From contig CAVVEU010000004.1 of assembly GCA_963747235.1 (NCBI GenBank), positions 32,001 through 96,000 of the forward strand: a DNA stretch of 64,000 nt, in the 5' to 3' direction. The notes under the pieces were generated by a model. It had not been told where the DNA came from, searched no databases, and worked only from the letters and a program-made list of their open reading frames with translations. How positions within the stretch are numbered: the stretch's first letter is position 1; every line of letters starts with the position of its first letter. This DNA is from an uncultured Candidatus Rokubacteria bacterium. Lineage in GTDB: Bacteria; Methylomirabilota; Methylomirabilia; Rokubacteriales; CSP1-6. The position numbers were made by a program, and so were the translations under genes. Below are positions 10,613 through 21,681 of this stretch, one piece after another.

Positions 10613-11211
10613 CTAGGGCTTCGGGACCTTGAGCGTCTTGCTGATCATCAGGCTGCCGGACAGGAGGAAGAGCAGGCTGACCAGATGCAGCTCGAGCCCG
10701 GCCACCACGACCGGATACAGGCTCTGCCGGTGGAAGGCCAGCAGGAGCAGGCCGAGCGGGACGATGCTGGTCGGGATCGGCGTGCCCTCGAAGTAGCGCA
10801 CCTTGCCGGTCTCGGTCGCGAGCGACTCCGCGGTGACGTTGTAGCGGGCGAGCCGGCTCAGGCCGCAGCCGACGAAGTACATGAGGATGATCTGGTCGAG
10901 CGGGCTCCGCAGGCCCGCCGCGAACGCGATGCCCGCCGGGGCCACGCCGAACGAGATCACGTCGGCCAGGGAGTCCAGCTCGCGCCCCAGCGGCGAGGCG
11001 TGGTGCCGCCAGCGCGCGATGCGCCCGTCGAGCACGTCGAAGAGCAGGGCCAGCACGACGAGCGCGGCCGCGAGGTCCAGGCGCCAGCGCTCCCGCCGGC
11101 GAGGAAACGCATGGCCTGGAACAGGGCGGCGACGCCGCAGAAGCCGTTGGCGATGGTGAAGAAATCCGCCAGGTGAAAGTTGCGGATCATCGAGAAGTGC
11201 CGGCCGGGCAT
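10613..11211 (-). CDS. pssA: CDP-alcohol phosphatidyltransferase (phosphatidylserine synthase type; frameshift ~11090)
   Basis: [48 protein letters not shown]. Confidence 0.85.
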
Positions 11212-11220
11212 CGGGACGGC

Positions 11221-12423
11221 CTACCGCGCCGAGTCGGCCGGGGGGCCGGCGGGCTCGACGCCGACCATGCGGACGAAGTTCGCGACCAGCCCGGGGCTGT
11301 GGAAGGTGCCCACGCGCTCGGTGAGCACGCTCACCGCGAACTGGCGAGAGCGCGCCTTCGCGTACGGGCGCGTGGTGCAGATCGCGTCGTAGACGTCGGA
11401 GATGGAGGTCATCTGGCTGGCCAGGGTGGGCCGGCGGCCGATGCGCGGCACCGGGTAGTTCGGCTGGCCGTCGAAGCGCATGTGGTGCTCGTAGGCCACC
11501 AGGATCGCGAGCGGATGGCTGCCCTCGACGCCGCAGAGGTGGGTGGCGCCTTCCTGCGCGTGGCCCATCATGATCCGCCACTCGTCGCCCTCGAGCTTGC
11601 CCGGCTTGTTCAGCACGTCGAGCGGGATCTTGAGCTTGCCGATGTCGTGCAGGAACGCGGCGAGCCCGATGGCGTGCAGCCGGGCCCCCTCGATGCCGAA
11701 CGAGCGCGCCTGGGCCAGGGTGAGCAGCGAGACGTTCACCGAGTGCACGAAGGTGTAGTCGTCGTGGGTCTTGAGCGGGGCCAGCGGCAGGATCTCGCGC
11801 GTGGCCCGCTGGAGCGCGTCCATGAGGCTCCACACCACCTGCTCCAGGCGCACGAGGCCGCCGCGGCGGTCGGTGCGGAACTCGGTGAAGGCGTCTCGCG
11901 CGCCGTCCACGCCCTGCGCGGTCAGCGCCTCGATCGCCGAATCACCGCCCGGGCCCGCGCCGGGGCCCCCGCCCGCGCCGGTCCCGGGGCCGGGGCCCTC
12001 CTCGACGGCGGCGGCCTGGAGCTCGACGCGGCCCACCGTGATGTACCGGGTCGAGATCGGCACGCCGCCGAGGGCCATCGGGGTCAGGAAGCGCACGCAC
12101 TCCTCGGTGTCGAGGCCTTGCGCCACGGTCAGGCGCTCCACGCCGCGCCGGGTGAGCGCCCGGATGAACTGCTGGTGGTAGAGGCTGCCCGTCCGCAGCG
12201 GCTGGGTCTCCACGACCAGGTCCGTCCCGACCACCAGGAACGTGAGCGAGTCCCGCTGCCGCTCCTCGCAGGCCGCGGTCACCGCCTCGATGATGCGCTC
12301 CACGTGGCTGGCGAGCGCGGGGTGCTCGGCGCCGTAGAGCGCGCGCATGTTGATCCCCGCGACCAGGCTGACCACCAGCCGGTCCACCGCGGAGAGCGCG
12401 CCCGGAATCGCCGGCTCGGTCAT
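11221..12423 (-). CDS. HD-GYP domain phosphodiesterase
   Basis: HDDYTFVHSVNV, LHDIGK, EHHMRFDGQPNYP, SDVYDAICTTRPY; ATG overlaps the upstream gene stop. Confidence 0.9.
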   Translation of the reverse strand: MTEPAIPGALSAVDRLVVSLVAGINMRALYGAEHPALASHVERIIEAVTAACEERQRDSLTFLVVGTDLVVETQPLRTGSLYHQQFIRALTRRGVERLTVAQGLDTEECVRFLTPMALGGVPISTRYITVGRVELQAAAVEEGPGPGTGAGGGPGAGPGGDSAIEALTAQGVDGARDAFTEFRTDRRGGLVRLEQVVWSLMDALQRATREILPLAPLKTHDDYTFVHSVNVSLLTLAQARSFGIEGARLHAIGLAAFLHDIGKLKIPLDVLNKPGKLEGDEWRIMMGHAQEGATHLCGVEGSHPLAILVAYEHHMRFDGQPNYPVPRIGRRPTLASQMTSISDVYDAICTTRPYAKARSRQFAVSVLTERVGTFHSPGLVANFVRMVGVEPAGPPADSAR

Positions 12424-14877
12424 TCGGATGCACCTCCGGCGGATGCACCTCCGGCGGATGCACCTCCGGCGGATGCACCGCCGGCGGATGCACCGCCCGC
12501 GGATGCACCTCCGGTCGATGAGCCCCCCGTGGGCGCATCTCCGACGGGCCGGTCCTCGCGCGGGGCGGGCGGCCCCGCCTTGGTGAGCCCGCGGCAGATG
12601 TCGCGGATCACGGGATCCCGGGACTTCTCGACCGCGCGCCACCCAGGGCGCGCGCGCGGCCACGTCGTAGGAGCTCAGGTAGCGGTAGGCGGACCGCCGC
12701 TCGTCGATCGGCACGAGCGGGAACGGCCGCTCGCGGAAGAAGCGGCCGAGCCGCGGCAGCACGGCCGCGTCCCCGAGGTCGGCGAGGGCGCGGAGCGCCT
12801 TGAGGCGCATCGAGCGGTGCCGCCCGAAGAAGTCCCAGCGGAGCAGGATCTCGACGAGCAGGTCGGTCGCCTGCGTGATGCCGTGCTGGCCGGAGAGCAG
12901 CACCGCCGCCTCCGCCAGCCGCGGGTCGGGATGGTTGATGGTGCGCGCGAGCAGGTCGCGCGGCACCTTGGAGTCGAAGGCGAAGAGCGCGCGGATGGCT
13001 TCGAGCCGGACCCGGAGGTCCGCGTGATCGGCGCAACGCAGGATCTCGCTCATGGCCGAGCGGTCCTGCACCCGCCGGAGGAGCAGCACCATGTTCCGCA
13101 CCACGTACCAGCGCGGATCCGCGAGCAGGCGCCGCGTCTCCGGGACGATGGCCGCGCCCAGCGAGGCCGCGAGCTCGATCAGGCGGAGCCGGCGCCCCCG
13201 ATCCTGCTCGGCGGCCAGCGCCTCGAGCAGCCCGCGCGAGGCCGACGCGCCGAGGGCCAGGATCAGCGTCTGCACCTGGACGAAGGGTGGCCCACCCGGC
13301 TGCCGGCTCGCGGCGACGAGCGCGGCCAGGGTCGGGGCATCGGCGATGTGGGCGAGGAATTCCTCGAGCGCCTCGCGCCGCGCCGCCAGGTTCGGGTCCG
13401 CGGTCAGGTCGCGCACCGCGCGGATGATGCCCACGGCCTGGGCGAAGCGGTTCTGCTGGAGCGCGCGGACGAAGATCTCCCGCAGGCGGCCCAGGACGAG
13501 CGGCCGCACGATGTCGGGGGAGCCCGCGGTCATGTCGAGCAGCGTCGTGACGACCCGCCGCTCGATGGCGTCGTCGCTCTCGGTGTCGGGTCCGAAGGCG
13601 TCGGGGTCGGCGGCCACCTCGACCGCGATCGCGTCCAGGTCCACCGTCGGCTTCTGGGCGAGCAGCACCCGATGGTCCTCGGGGTTGTAGCGGTCCACGT
13701 CTTCCTCGCGGAAGAGCGCGGCCATCTCCGCGAAGTCGGCCGGCGGCTCGGGCAGCCCCGCCGGCGCCGGGCCCATCTCCTCGTGCGCCTCGGCCAGCGC
13801 CTGGGCCATCTGGAGCGCGTGGCTCGAGAGCTGGCCCTGCTCGCGGGCCAGGCGGCGCAGGCCCCGCAGCACGTCGGCGGCCGGCAGCGCGGCGGCCAGG
13901 CTGGCCAGGTGCCCGCTCGCGGTTTCCTCGCGGGCGAGGGTGCGGAGCGCGGCGGCCAGCACCGGCTCGCGGACCTCGCCCGGCAGCGCGCGGAGGAGCT
14001 GGATGATCTGCGGCGCCAGCTTCTCCCGCTCGTCGCTGTCCGCGCTCTCCAGGCGAGTGCCCACCAGGCCGGCGAGCGTGTAGGCGGCGGCCATGCCGAG
14101 CCGGCCGCCCCCTCCCGCTTGCCCGCTGCCCACGTCGTATCCGGTGCCGCCCGGGCCGCTGCCCCGTCCCTGCCCGCCGCCGCCCCAGCCGCCCCCGCTG
14201 GCGCCTCCACCGCCGGGGCCCCCGCTTCCCCCGCCGGGCCCCCCGCCGCCCGGGCCGCCGGCGCCCGGTCCCCCCGTGCCGGGGCCGCCGCGGAACAGCG
14301 AGGCGATGGTCTCCGCCGAGGAGCTTTCGCGCGGACCCGACCGGTCGCCTCCCGACCCGATCGGCTCGGCGGCCAGCAGGGACTCGAGCAGGCCGTCGAA
14401 GAGCGAGCTTTCCTCCGGCGTGGCGGGCGTGAGGTCCGTGGTCGTCACCAGCGCGCTGTAGTCGATGGCCGAGACCGAGATGTGCGTGATGCCGGCGGCC
14501 GGCAGCTCGTCGCCGGTGAGGGGATGGTCGCGGGCGGTCCCGGTGTCGCCCAGGATGGCCAGGAAGCGCTCCAGCTCGGCGGGCTCCACGTCCTCGTCGA
14601 TCCGCAGCAGGCCGCCGTTGCGCCGGTAGAGCGCCCGCGCGAAGGCGCGCACCTGCGCGGACTCGATCTTCTTGCCCGCGCTGACGAGCCCGTCGCGCCC
14701 GATCCCGAGCACCAGGGGGCTCGAGGAGGCCAGGAAGGCGCGCACCCGGGCATGCGCGGTGGCGAGCGCCGAGGCGCGGGCGGGGTGGCCCGGGGGGTAG
14801 GCGGCCAGATTCCGCCACGCCGTCACCAGCGCGGACACGACTTCGGGCAGTGTGGGCGGGGGACCCGGTTTCTCCAC
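12420..14877 (-). CDS. HEAT-repeat protein with Gly-rich linker (frameshift ~12620)
   Basis: DPRWYVVRN, HADLRVRLEAIRAL HEAT motifs; N-terminal YPPGHP domain; C-terminal (GGASA)n tail in frame 12420..12611. Confidence 0.85.
12425..12514. repeat. 15-bp tandem repeat, 6 copies (CGGATGCACCTCCGG), encoding GGASA repeats
   Basis: Directly visible head-to-tail units with 1-2 substitutions and no spacers. Confidence 0.95.
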
Positions 14878-14987
14878 GTTTGGAGTTGAGTCTAGCCGAC
14901 CCGAGCCGCTTCCCTTGCAAACTTGAGCCGGCCCCGCCGGTCGCTTATGCTTCCCCCATCCCAGTGCCGGGAAGGGAGAGCCCGTCC

Positions 14988-16227
14988 ATGAAAGTCAGCG
15001 CGTTCCACCTGATGCCCCACCGCGAGCTGCCCCAGGACTTCGAGCGCCGCTACGACAGCGTCTGGGTGACCCCGCCCTGGTGGGAGCTGGCCGATGCCCG
15101 GCGCGTGGGCCAGTACTACAACTGGACGCTGGACGAGCTGCTGTACGCGGCGCGGGCCGGCTTCGACGGGGTCTGCACCAACGAGCATCACCAGAACGCC
15201 TACGGGTTCATGCCGAGCCCGAACCTCATGGGCAGCGTGCTGGCCAAGCAGACCAACGGCCTCGACGTGGCCATCGTGCAGATGGGCATGACGCTGCCGA
15301 CCACCTCGCCGCCGATCCGGGTGGCCGAGGAGTACGGCATGCTCGACTGCATCAGCGGCGGCCGGCTCGTCGCGGGGCTGCCGCTGGGCAGCCCGATGGA
15401 CGTCAACCTCGCCTACGGCATCACCCCGATGGAGCACCGCGAGCGGTATCGCGAGGCGTTCGAGCTCGTGCTGAAGGCGTGGCAGGCGAAGGAGATCTTC
15501 GCGTGGAACGGGAAGTACTTCCAGCTCGGCCAGGTCAACCTCTGGCCGCGGCCGGTGCAGGAGCCGCATCCGCCGGTGTGGGTGCCGGGCTCGGGCAGCA
15601 TCAGCACCTTCGACTTCGCCACCGAGCACAACGTCTGCTACTGCTTCCTCTCGCTACGCGGGAGCCCGCGCCGCCACGACGATGATGGACGGGTACTGGG
15701 ACGTGGTGGAGAAGAAGGGGCTCGAGCGCAATCCGTATCGCGCGGGATTCCTGCAGCTCGTCGCGGTGTCCGAGACCGACGCGCAGGCGGAGGCCGACTA
15801 CGCGAAGCACGTCGAGTACTTCTATCACAAGTGCCTGCACGTGCCGCCGCAGTGGTTCGCCCCGCCGGGCAACCAGGACTACCGCAGCCTGCTCGCGGCC
15901 AACCGCAACCCGGTGCGGCGGGCCGAGGATCCCAAGACGCTCCGCTACAAGGACTTCGTGGACAAGGGCTACGTGATCGCGGGCAGCCCGGCCACCGTGA
16001 AGGAGCGCCTGATCGAGGAAGTCATCAAGCGCCTCAACGTGGGCAACCTGATGGTGCTGGTGCAGATCGGCTCGATGCCGCACGAGCTGACGCTCAAGAA
16101 CATCGATCTCTTCGCGCGCGAGGTGCTGCCCGGGCTGCGCGAGATCTGGGACGACAAGGGCTGGGAGAACCACTGGTGGCCGAAGAGCCTGCGCGGCAGC
16201 CGCCAGCCCGCCGGCGCGGCGCGATGA
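14988..16227 (+). CDS. LLM-class flavin-dependent oxidoreductase (frameshift ~15660)
   Basis: GFDGVCTNEHHQNAYG, AEEYGMLDCISGGRL, PRPVQEPHPP, IAGSPATV. Confidence 0.9.
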
Positions 16228-17082
16228 CCGCGCGCGACACCCTCTCCCCTCAGGGGAGAGGGCAGGGTGAGGGGTCCGGTGGTGAGGGCCGTGGCGAGAT
16301 CCGGACCGTCACGGTCTGGAACGGCCGTGTGCCGATTCGGGTCCACGTCCAGGGCAGCGGGCCCGGCGGTGGTCTTCTTCCACGGGCCGTGGGGCCTCAC
16401 GTGGGGCCCGTTCCTCGACGCGCTCGCGGGGCAGTTCACGGTCTACGCGCCGGAGCACCCGGGCACGAGCCCGGGCGACCCGGACGCGATCCAGCACGTG
16501 GACTCCCTGTGGGATCTGGTGCTCTGCTACGACGAGCTGCTCGAGCAGCTCCGGCTGCGCGACGTCATGCTCGCCGGCCACTCCTTCGGGGCCATGATGG
16601 CGTGCGAGGTGGCGGCGCTCCAGCCGGCGCGGGTGAAGCGGCTGGCCCTCATCGATCCCATCGGGCTCTGGCTGGACGACGCGCCGGTGATCAACTGGAT
16701 GCTCCAGGGCCCGGCGGAGATGCCGGCGTACGTGTTCCACCGGCCGGACGGCCCCGCCGCCCAGGCGATGTTCGCGGTGCCCGCCGAGCTGGAGGCGGGC
16801 GCGCTCGCGCGGACGCGGCTCACGTGGGCGATGGGGGCGACCGGCAAGTTCATCTGGCCGATCCCGGACAAGGGGCTGAAGAAGCGCATCCATCGCATCA
16901 CCGCGCCGACCCTGCTGCTCTGGGGCGAGCACGACCGCCTCGTCCCGCGCGCGTACGCCAAGGAGTTCGCGGGACGCATCGCGGACACGCGGCTCGAGGT
17001 GGTGGCGGACGCCGGCCACGCGCCCCATCTGGAGGAGCCCGACGCCACCGCGCGGGTCGTCCAGGCCTTCCTCAAGGCCTGA
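16224..17082 (+). CDS. Alpha/beta hydrolase (frameshift ~16360; REP-derived N-terminus)
   Basis: [27 protein letters not shown]; ATG overlaps LLM stop. Confidence 0.87.
16240..16274. repeat. REP-like palindrome family A, copy 1 (inside hydrolase 5' coding region)
   Basis: CCCTCTCCCC-tca-GGGGAGAGGG-CAGGGTGAGGGG. Confidence 0.9.
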
Positions 17083-17088
17083 CCCGGC

Positions 17089-17993
17089 TCAATCCTTCGC
17101 GTCGCGCAGCGCCGCGCGAACCTTGTCGAGCTCTTTCCGCTTGGCCTTGTCCGACTCGGGGAAGGTGAGATCCAGGTCGTCCAGCGCCTCGACGATGGCG
17201 GCGGCCACGATGAGATGGGTGTACCACTTGTGGTCCGCGGGCACGACGTACCACGGGGCCCGCTGGGTGGCGGTGCCGCGGATCGCGGCCTCGTAGGCCT
17301 CCTGGTAGTCCGGCCAGGACTCCCGCTCCGTCACGTCGCCGAGCGAGAACTTCCAGTTCTTCGCGGGCTCGTCGAGCCGCGCCAGGAAGCGCCGCCGCTG
17401 CTCCGCCTTCGAGAGGTGCAGGAAGAACTTGCGGATCACCGTCCCGTTGCGGGCGAGGTACCGCTCGTGCGCGTTGATGTCCTCGTAGCGCTCGTCCCAG
17501 ATGTGCTTGCCCACGAGCGGCTCGGGGAGGCGCTCGGCCGCGAGGAGCTTCGGATGCACGCGGGTCACCACGACCTCCTCGTAGTAGGAGCGATTGAAGA
17601 TGCCGATCCGGCCGCGCTCCGGGCACGCGGTGTGGGTCCGCCAGAGGAAGTCGTGGTCGAGCTCTGGTGGGCTCGGCTGCCTTGAAGGAGTGCACGTCGC
17701 AGCCCTGGGGATTGACGCCGGACATCACGTGCTTGATGGCGCTGTCCTTGCCGGCGGTGTCCATGCCCTGGAAGATCAGCAGCAGGGCCCAGCGGTCCTG
17801 GGCGTAGAGCTTCTCCTGCATCTCGCTGAAGGATCGCGGTGCTCTTCTCGAGGAGCTTCTCGGCGTGGGCCTGCGACTTCACCCCGCTCGTGTCGGCCGG
17901 ATCCACGTCCTCGAGCCGGAACTTGCGTCCGTTCCGCACGCGGTACCGCTCGGCCAGACGGGACATCTCCTTGAGCGCCCGGCGGGTCTTCAT
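17089..17993 (-). CDS. ppk2: Polyphosphate kinase 2 family protein (frameshifted)
   Basis: [49 protein letters not shown]. Confidence 0.92.
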
Positions 17994-18082
17994 GACCAGG
18001 CCAGTCTAGCCCGGGCTTGCCTTCCCCGCATCGACTCGACTATTCTTGGCCACCCCAGTGACAACCCGGCAAGGAGGCCGCC

Positions 18083-19501
18083 ATGAGTCGCACTAAGCCC
18101 GTCGCCAGCAATAGCCTGACCGTCCGTCTCCGTCTCGCCAACAAGCCGGGCATGCTCGGCCGGATCACCTCCGCCATCGGCGAGGCCGGCGGCGACATCG
18201 GGGCGGTGGACGTGGTGGAGGCCGGCCAGAAGGAGATGACCCGGGACATCACCTTCAAGGCCTCCGACGAGGCTCACGGGCAGGCCATCGTCGACCGCCT
18301 GCGGCAGGAGCCGGACGTCACGGTGGTCAACGTCTCCGACCGCACGTTCCTCATGCACCTGGGCGGCAAGATCGAGGTCAACGGCCGGGTGGCGGTGAAG
18401 ACCCGCGATGACCTCTCGATGGCCTACACCCCGGGCGTCGCGCGCGTCTGCATGGCCATCCACGCCGATCCGGAGAAGGTCTACAACCTCACGATCAAGC
18501 AGCACACGGTGGCGGTGGTCACCGACGGCTCCGCGGTGCTGGGCCTGGGCGACATCGGGCCGGCGGCGGCGCTGCCGGTCATGGAAGGCAAGTGCCTCAT
18601 CTTCAAGGCGTTCGCGGGTGTGGACGCCTTCCCGATCGCGCTCGACACCAAGAACGTGGACGAGATCGTGCGCACCGTGAAGGCGATCGCGCCGGTCTTC
18701 GGCGGCATCAACCTGGAGGACATCTCGGCCCCGCGCTGCTTCGAGATCGAGGAGCGCCTGCAGGCCGAGCTCGACATCCCGGTCTTCCACGACGACCAGC
18801 ACGGCACCGCGGTGGTCACCCTGGCCGCCTTGCTCAACGCCCTGAAGGTCGTGAACAAGAAGCTCAACGAGGTGAAGATCGTGTTCACCGGGGCGGGCGC
18901 CAGCGCGATCGCCACCGCGAAGCTGATGATGCTGGAGGGCGCGCGCCACATCATCGCCTGCGATCGAGCCGGCGCGCTGTACCGCGGCCGCACCGAGAAC
19001 ATGAACCCGATGAAGGCCTGGTTCGCCGAGCACACCAACGCGGAGGGGATCCGCGGCACCGTGCGCGACGCGATGGTCGGCGCCGACATCTTCATCGGCC
19101 TGAGCGGCCCCGGCGTCGTGAAGGTGGACGATCTCGGCGCGATGCACCGCGACGCGATCGTCTTCGCGATGGCCAACCCGACCCCCGAGATCATGCCGGA
19201 GGAGGCGGGGAAGTACGTGAAGGTGATGGCCACCGGGCGGTCGGACTACCCGAACCAGATCAACAACTCGTGCGGCTTCCCCGGCTTCTTCAAGGGGCTC
19301 TTCGACGTGCGGGCGCGCAAGGTCAACGACGAGATGAAGCTGGCCGCCGCCCACGCGCTCGCCAACATCGTGTCGGACGGCGAGCTGAGCGACGAGTACA
19401 TCACGCCCTCGATGTTCGATCCGCGTGTGGTCCCGGCGGTGGCCTCCGCGGTGGCCGACGCGGCGGTGCGCACCGGCGTGGCGCGGCGCAAGCGGGGCTA
19501 G
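18083..19501 (+). CDS. NAD(P)-dependent malic enzyme with N-terminal ACT domain
   Basis: YTPGVA, VTDGSAVLGLG, PVMEGK, INLEDI, FHDDQHGTA, ATGRSDYPNQINN. Confidence 0.95.
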   Translation: MSRTKPVASNSLTVRLRLANKPGMLGRITSAIGEAGGDIGAVDVVEAGQKEMTRDITFKASDEAHGQAIVDRLRQEPDVTVVNVSDRTFLMHLGGKIEVNGRVAVKTRDDLSMAYTPGVARVCMAIHADPEKVYNLTIKQHTVAVVTDGSAVLGLGDIGPAAALPVMEGKCLIFKAFAGVDAFPIALDTKNVDEIVRTVKAIAPVFGGINLEDISAPRCFEIEERLQAELDIPVFHDDQHGTAVVTLAALLNALKVVNKKLNEVKIVFTGAGASAIATAKLMMLEGARHIIACDRAGALYRGRTENMNPMKAWFAEHTNAEGIRGTVRDAMVGADIFIGLSGPGVVKVDDLGAMHRDAIVFAMANPTPEIMPEEAGKYVKVMATGRSDYPNQINNSCGFPGFFKGLFDVRARKVNDEMKLAAAHALANIVSDGELSDEYITPSMFDPRVVPAVASAVADAAVRTGVARRKRG

Positions 19502-19506
19502 GCGCC

Positions 19507-19805
19507 GTGCCCGCCTACGTCATCGTGGACGTGACCGTGACCGACCCGCGCCACGATGGAGGAGTACCGCAAGCAAGTGCCCGCCACCCTCACGCCCTAC
19601 GGCGGGCGCTTTCTCGTGCGCGGCGGCGCTCACCAGACGGTGGAAGGCGACTGGAAGCCGAATCGCCTGGTCGATCCTCGAGTTCCCGAGCCATGGATCA
19701 CGCGAAGCGCTGGTACGACTCCGAGGAGTACCGCGAGCCCCTGGCGATGCGCCTCCGCGCCGGCCACACCAACCTCGTGATGGTCGACGGCGTCCCCCCG
19801 CCTAG
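19507..19805 (+). CDS. DUF1330 family protein (frameshifted)
   Basis: PAYVIVDVTV, YGGRFLVRGG, EGDWKPNR, LEFPS, WYDSEEY across frames. Confidence 0.8.
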
Positions 19806-19819
19806 AAGCGCGCCAAGTC

Positions 19820-19893
19820 GGGGTCAGTTCGACGCCGACTTCAGCGCCAGGTGACCTGCTCGCCACTGGGAATGTCGGAGTAGACCTGACCCC
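19820..19893. repeat. Short inverted-repeat element GGGGTCAG...CTGACCCC between convergent genes
   Basis: Left ggggtcagttcgacgccgac versus reverse complement of right ggggtcaggtctactccgac. Confidence 0.65.
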
Positions 19894-19909
19894 GTCGGCC
19901 GTCGAGGCC

Positions 19910-20484
19910 TTACGCCTCGGGCCGGCGTCGAAGCGCAGGCCCATCTTGGTCTTGAACACCTCGAGCGCGTTCGGGTCCACCGCCTGGATCTGCCTGGCGA
20001 TGGCGGGCGGCAGCCCGATGTCGTTGCGGTCGTTGATGCCGCCGGTGATGACGGTCAGCAGCACCGCGTCCCTGGCGCCCACGTTGCGGAAGCCCCGGTT
20101 CACGCCCGGCGGGCACGAGAAGGTGTCCCACTGGTTCAGCACGATCTTCTCGCCCCCGTCGTCGTTGAGCGAGAACTCGAGCGTGCCGTCCAGCACGGTG
20201 AAGGTCTCGAAGGTCTTCACGTGCGCGTGCAGGCACGGCCCCTGGCCCGGCGGCATGATCGAGATGAACATGGTGAGGCCGGCCGCGTTGTAGATCGGCG
20301 CGTCGTTGCCGAAGGCGGACTGGGTGCGCTCCAGCACCACCGGCATCAGCTTGCGGGCCAGGATGATGTCCTTGGCGGCCTGGGTCACCGTGGTGTCGTT
20401 CTTCATGAACTCCATCGGCTGGAGCTGCGCGAAGCGGCCGGTGCGCGCCGCGATCTCGTCGCGGGTCATCTGGACGGTTTCCAT
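19910..20484 (-). CDS. Cupin domain protein (true stop probably ~19910)
   Basis: GQGPCLHAHVKTFETF, SCPPGVNRGFRN; AAAGGA RBS; read-through to 19630 looks like an indel artefact. Confidence 0.8.
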
Positions 20485-20508
20485 GGCGAGTCCTTTCTGG
20501 CGGAAGAT

Positions 20509-21562
20509 CTAGCGGAAGACGATGGTGCTGGGGCTGCCCACCGGGACGACGTGCCCGGTGGGCGTGAGCGTGCCGGACTGCCGGTCCACGCGGAAGGCCA
20601 CGATGGTGTCGCTGTCCTGGTTGGCCGCGTAGAGCATCGCGCCCGCCGGGTCGAGGCCGATGAACCGCGGCGTCTTGCCCTGGGTCGGCGCCCAGCCGAC
20701 CGGGGCGAGCGTGCCGGTGGCCTGCTCCACCGCGAACACGACGACGCTGTCGTGGCCGCGATTCGAGGCGTAGACGAAGCGGCCCGACGGGGCGACCGCG
20801 ATCTCCGACGTCGTGTTCCGCCCGGTGAACGCGGGCGGCAGCGTCGTGATGGTCTGGCGTGGCTCCAGCGCGCCGGTGTCGGCGTCGAAGCGATACGTGG
20901 TCAGCGTCGAGTCGAGCTCGTTGAGGACGTAGGCGAAGGGCCCGGTCGGGTGGAAGCCGGCGTGCCGTGGTCCCGCCCCCGGCCGGCTGGCGACCGACGG
21001 GGGCGCGCCCGGGACCAGCTTGCCGCCCGCCGTCCACGCGGAAGACGAAGACCGCGTCGAGGCCCTTGTCCGGCACCAGGCAGAAGCGCCCGCGCGGGTC
21101 GAAGGCGACGTCGTGCGGGTGCGCGCTGGTCTGCTCGGTCGGGTGCGGGCCGGTCTTGCCGGTGAGCGGGACCAGGTCGCGCAGCGCGCCCAGCGCGCCG
21201 TCCGCCTCGATCGGGAGCACCGCGACCGTGCCCGAGCTGTAGTTGGCGCAGACCAGGAAGCGGTCGGAGGCCTCGATCCCGAGGCGCACGCCGTTCTTGC
21301 CCTGGGTCGGCTGGCGGTTCAGGACGCGCAGCCGGCCGGTGGCGGGCTCGATCGCGAAGGCGGTGGCCTCGTGCCCTTCGCCGTGCGCTGCGTACAGCAC
21401 CGGCCGCCGGCGATCGAGCAGGAGCCACGAGGGGTTGACCAGATCGCCCAGGCACTGGACGTGGCTCCAGGCGCCGGAGGCCTCGTCGATGCGGTAGACG
21501 TTGATGCCGTCGCCCCGCCCGTTGCGGTCCTTCGACGTGTAGGCGCCGACGTAGGCGAACAT
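20509..21562 (-). CDS. 6-phosphogluconolactonase-like beta-propeller lactonase (frameshift ~21030)
   Basis: AYVGAYT, NPSW, ANYSSG, AHPH, DKGLD, GPRH, SNRGHDS, GKTPR, ANQDSD. Confidence 0.9.
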
Positions 21563-21595
21563 GGCGGGCCGATGCTGCGACAGCGGCCGCCGAGC

Positions 21596-21614
21596 TGTCA
21601 AGGGCCCCTTGACA
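21596..21614. promoter_or_regulatory. Back-to-back TTGACA -35 elements / palindrome between divergent genes
   Basis: TGTCAAgggccccTTGACA. Confidence 0.55.
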
Positions 21615-21681
21615 CGTCGGGCCGGGGGGCGTTACCTGTCTGGGCGAGCCAACCCGCGACGAATCCCCAGAGGAGGCCATC

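Noticed and set aside
12425-12514. Possible CRISPR array
   Set aside because: 15-bp head-to-tail units with no spacers and no cas genes; it is a coding VNTR
14095-14290. G/C-rich low-complexity tract as a mobile or RNA element
   Set aside because: It simply encodes the Gly/Pro linker of the HEAT protein
11221-14877. 1218-aa HEAT-HD-GYP fusion in the ORF track
   Set aside because: The join passes through an out-of-frame RRCI repeat; the alternative frame gives GGASA and a stop overlapping the HD-GYP ATG, so there are two genes plus an indel
11173-14889. 1238-aa plus-strand ORF and similar long Arg/Ala/Pro-rich ORFs elsewhere
   Set aside because: Antisense or shadow frames of real genes, expected in very high-GC DNA; no recognisable motifs
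17089-17993. Programmed frameshifting or pseudogenisation of ppk2 and others
   Set aside because: No consistent slippery sites, and the indels are spread across unrelated genes; sequencing error is more parsimonious
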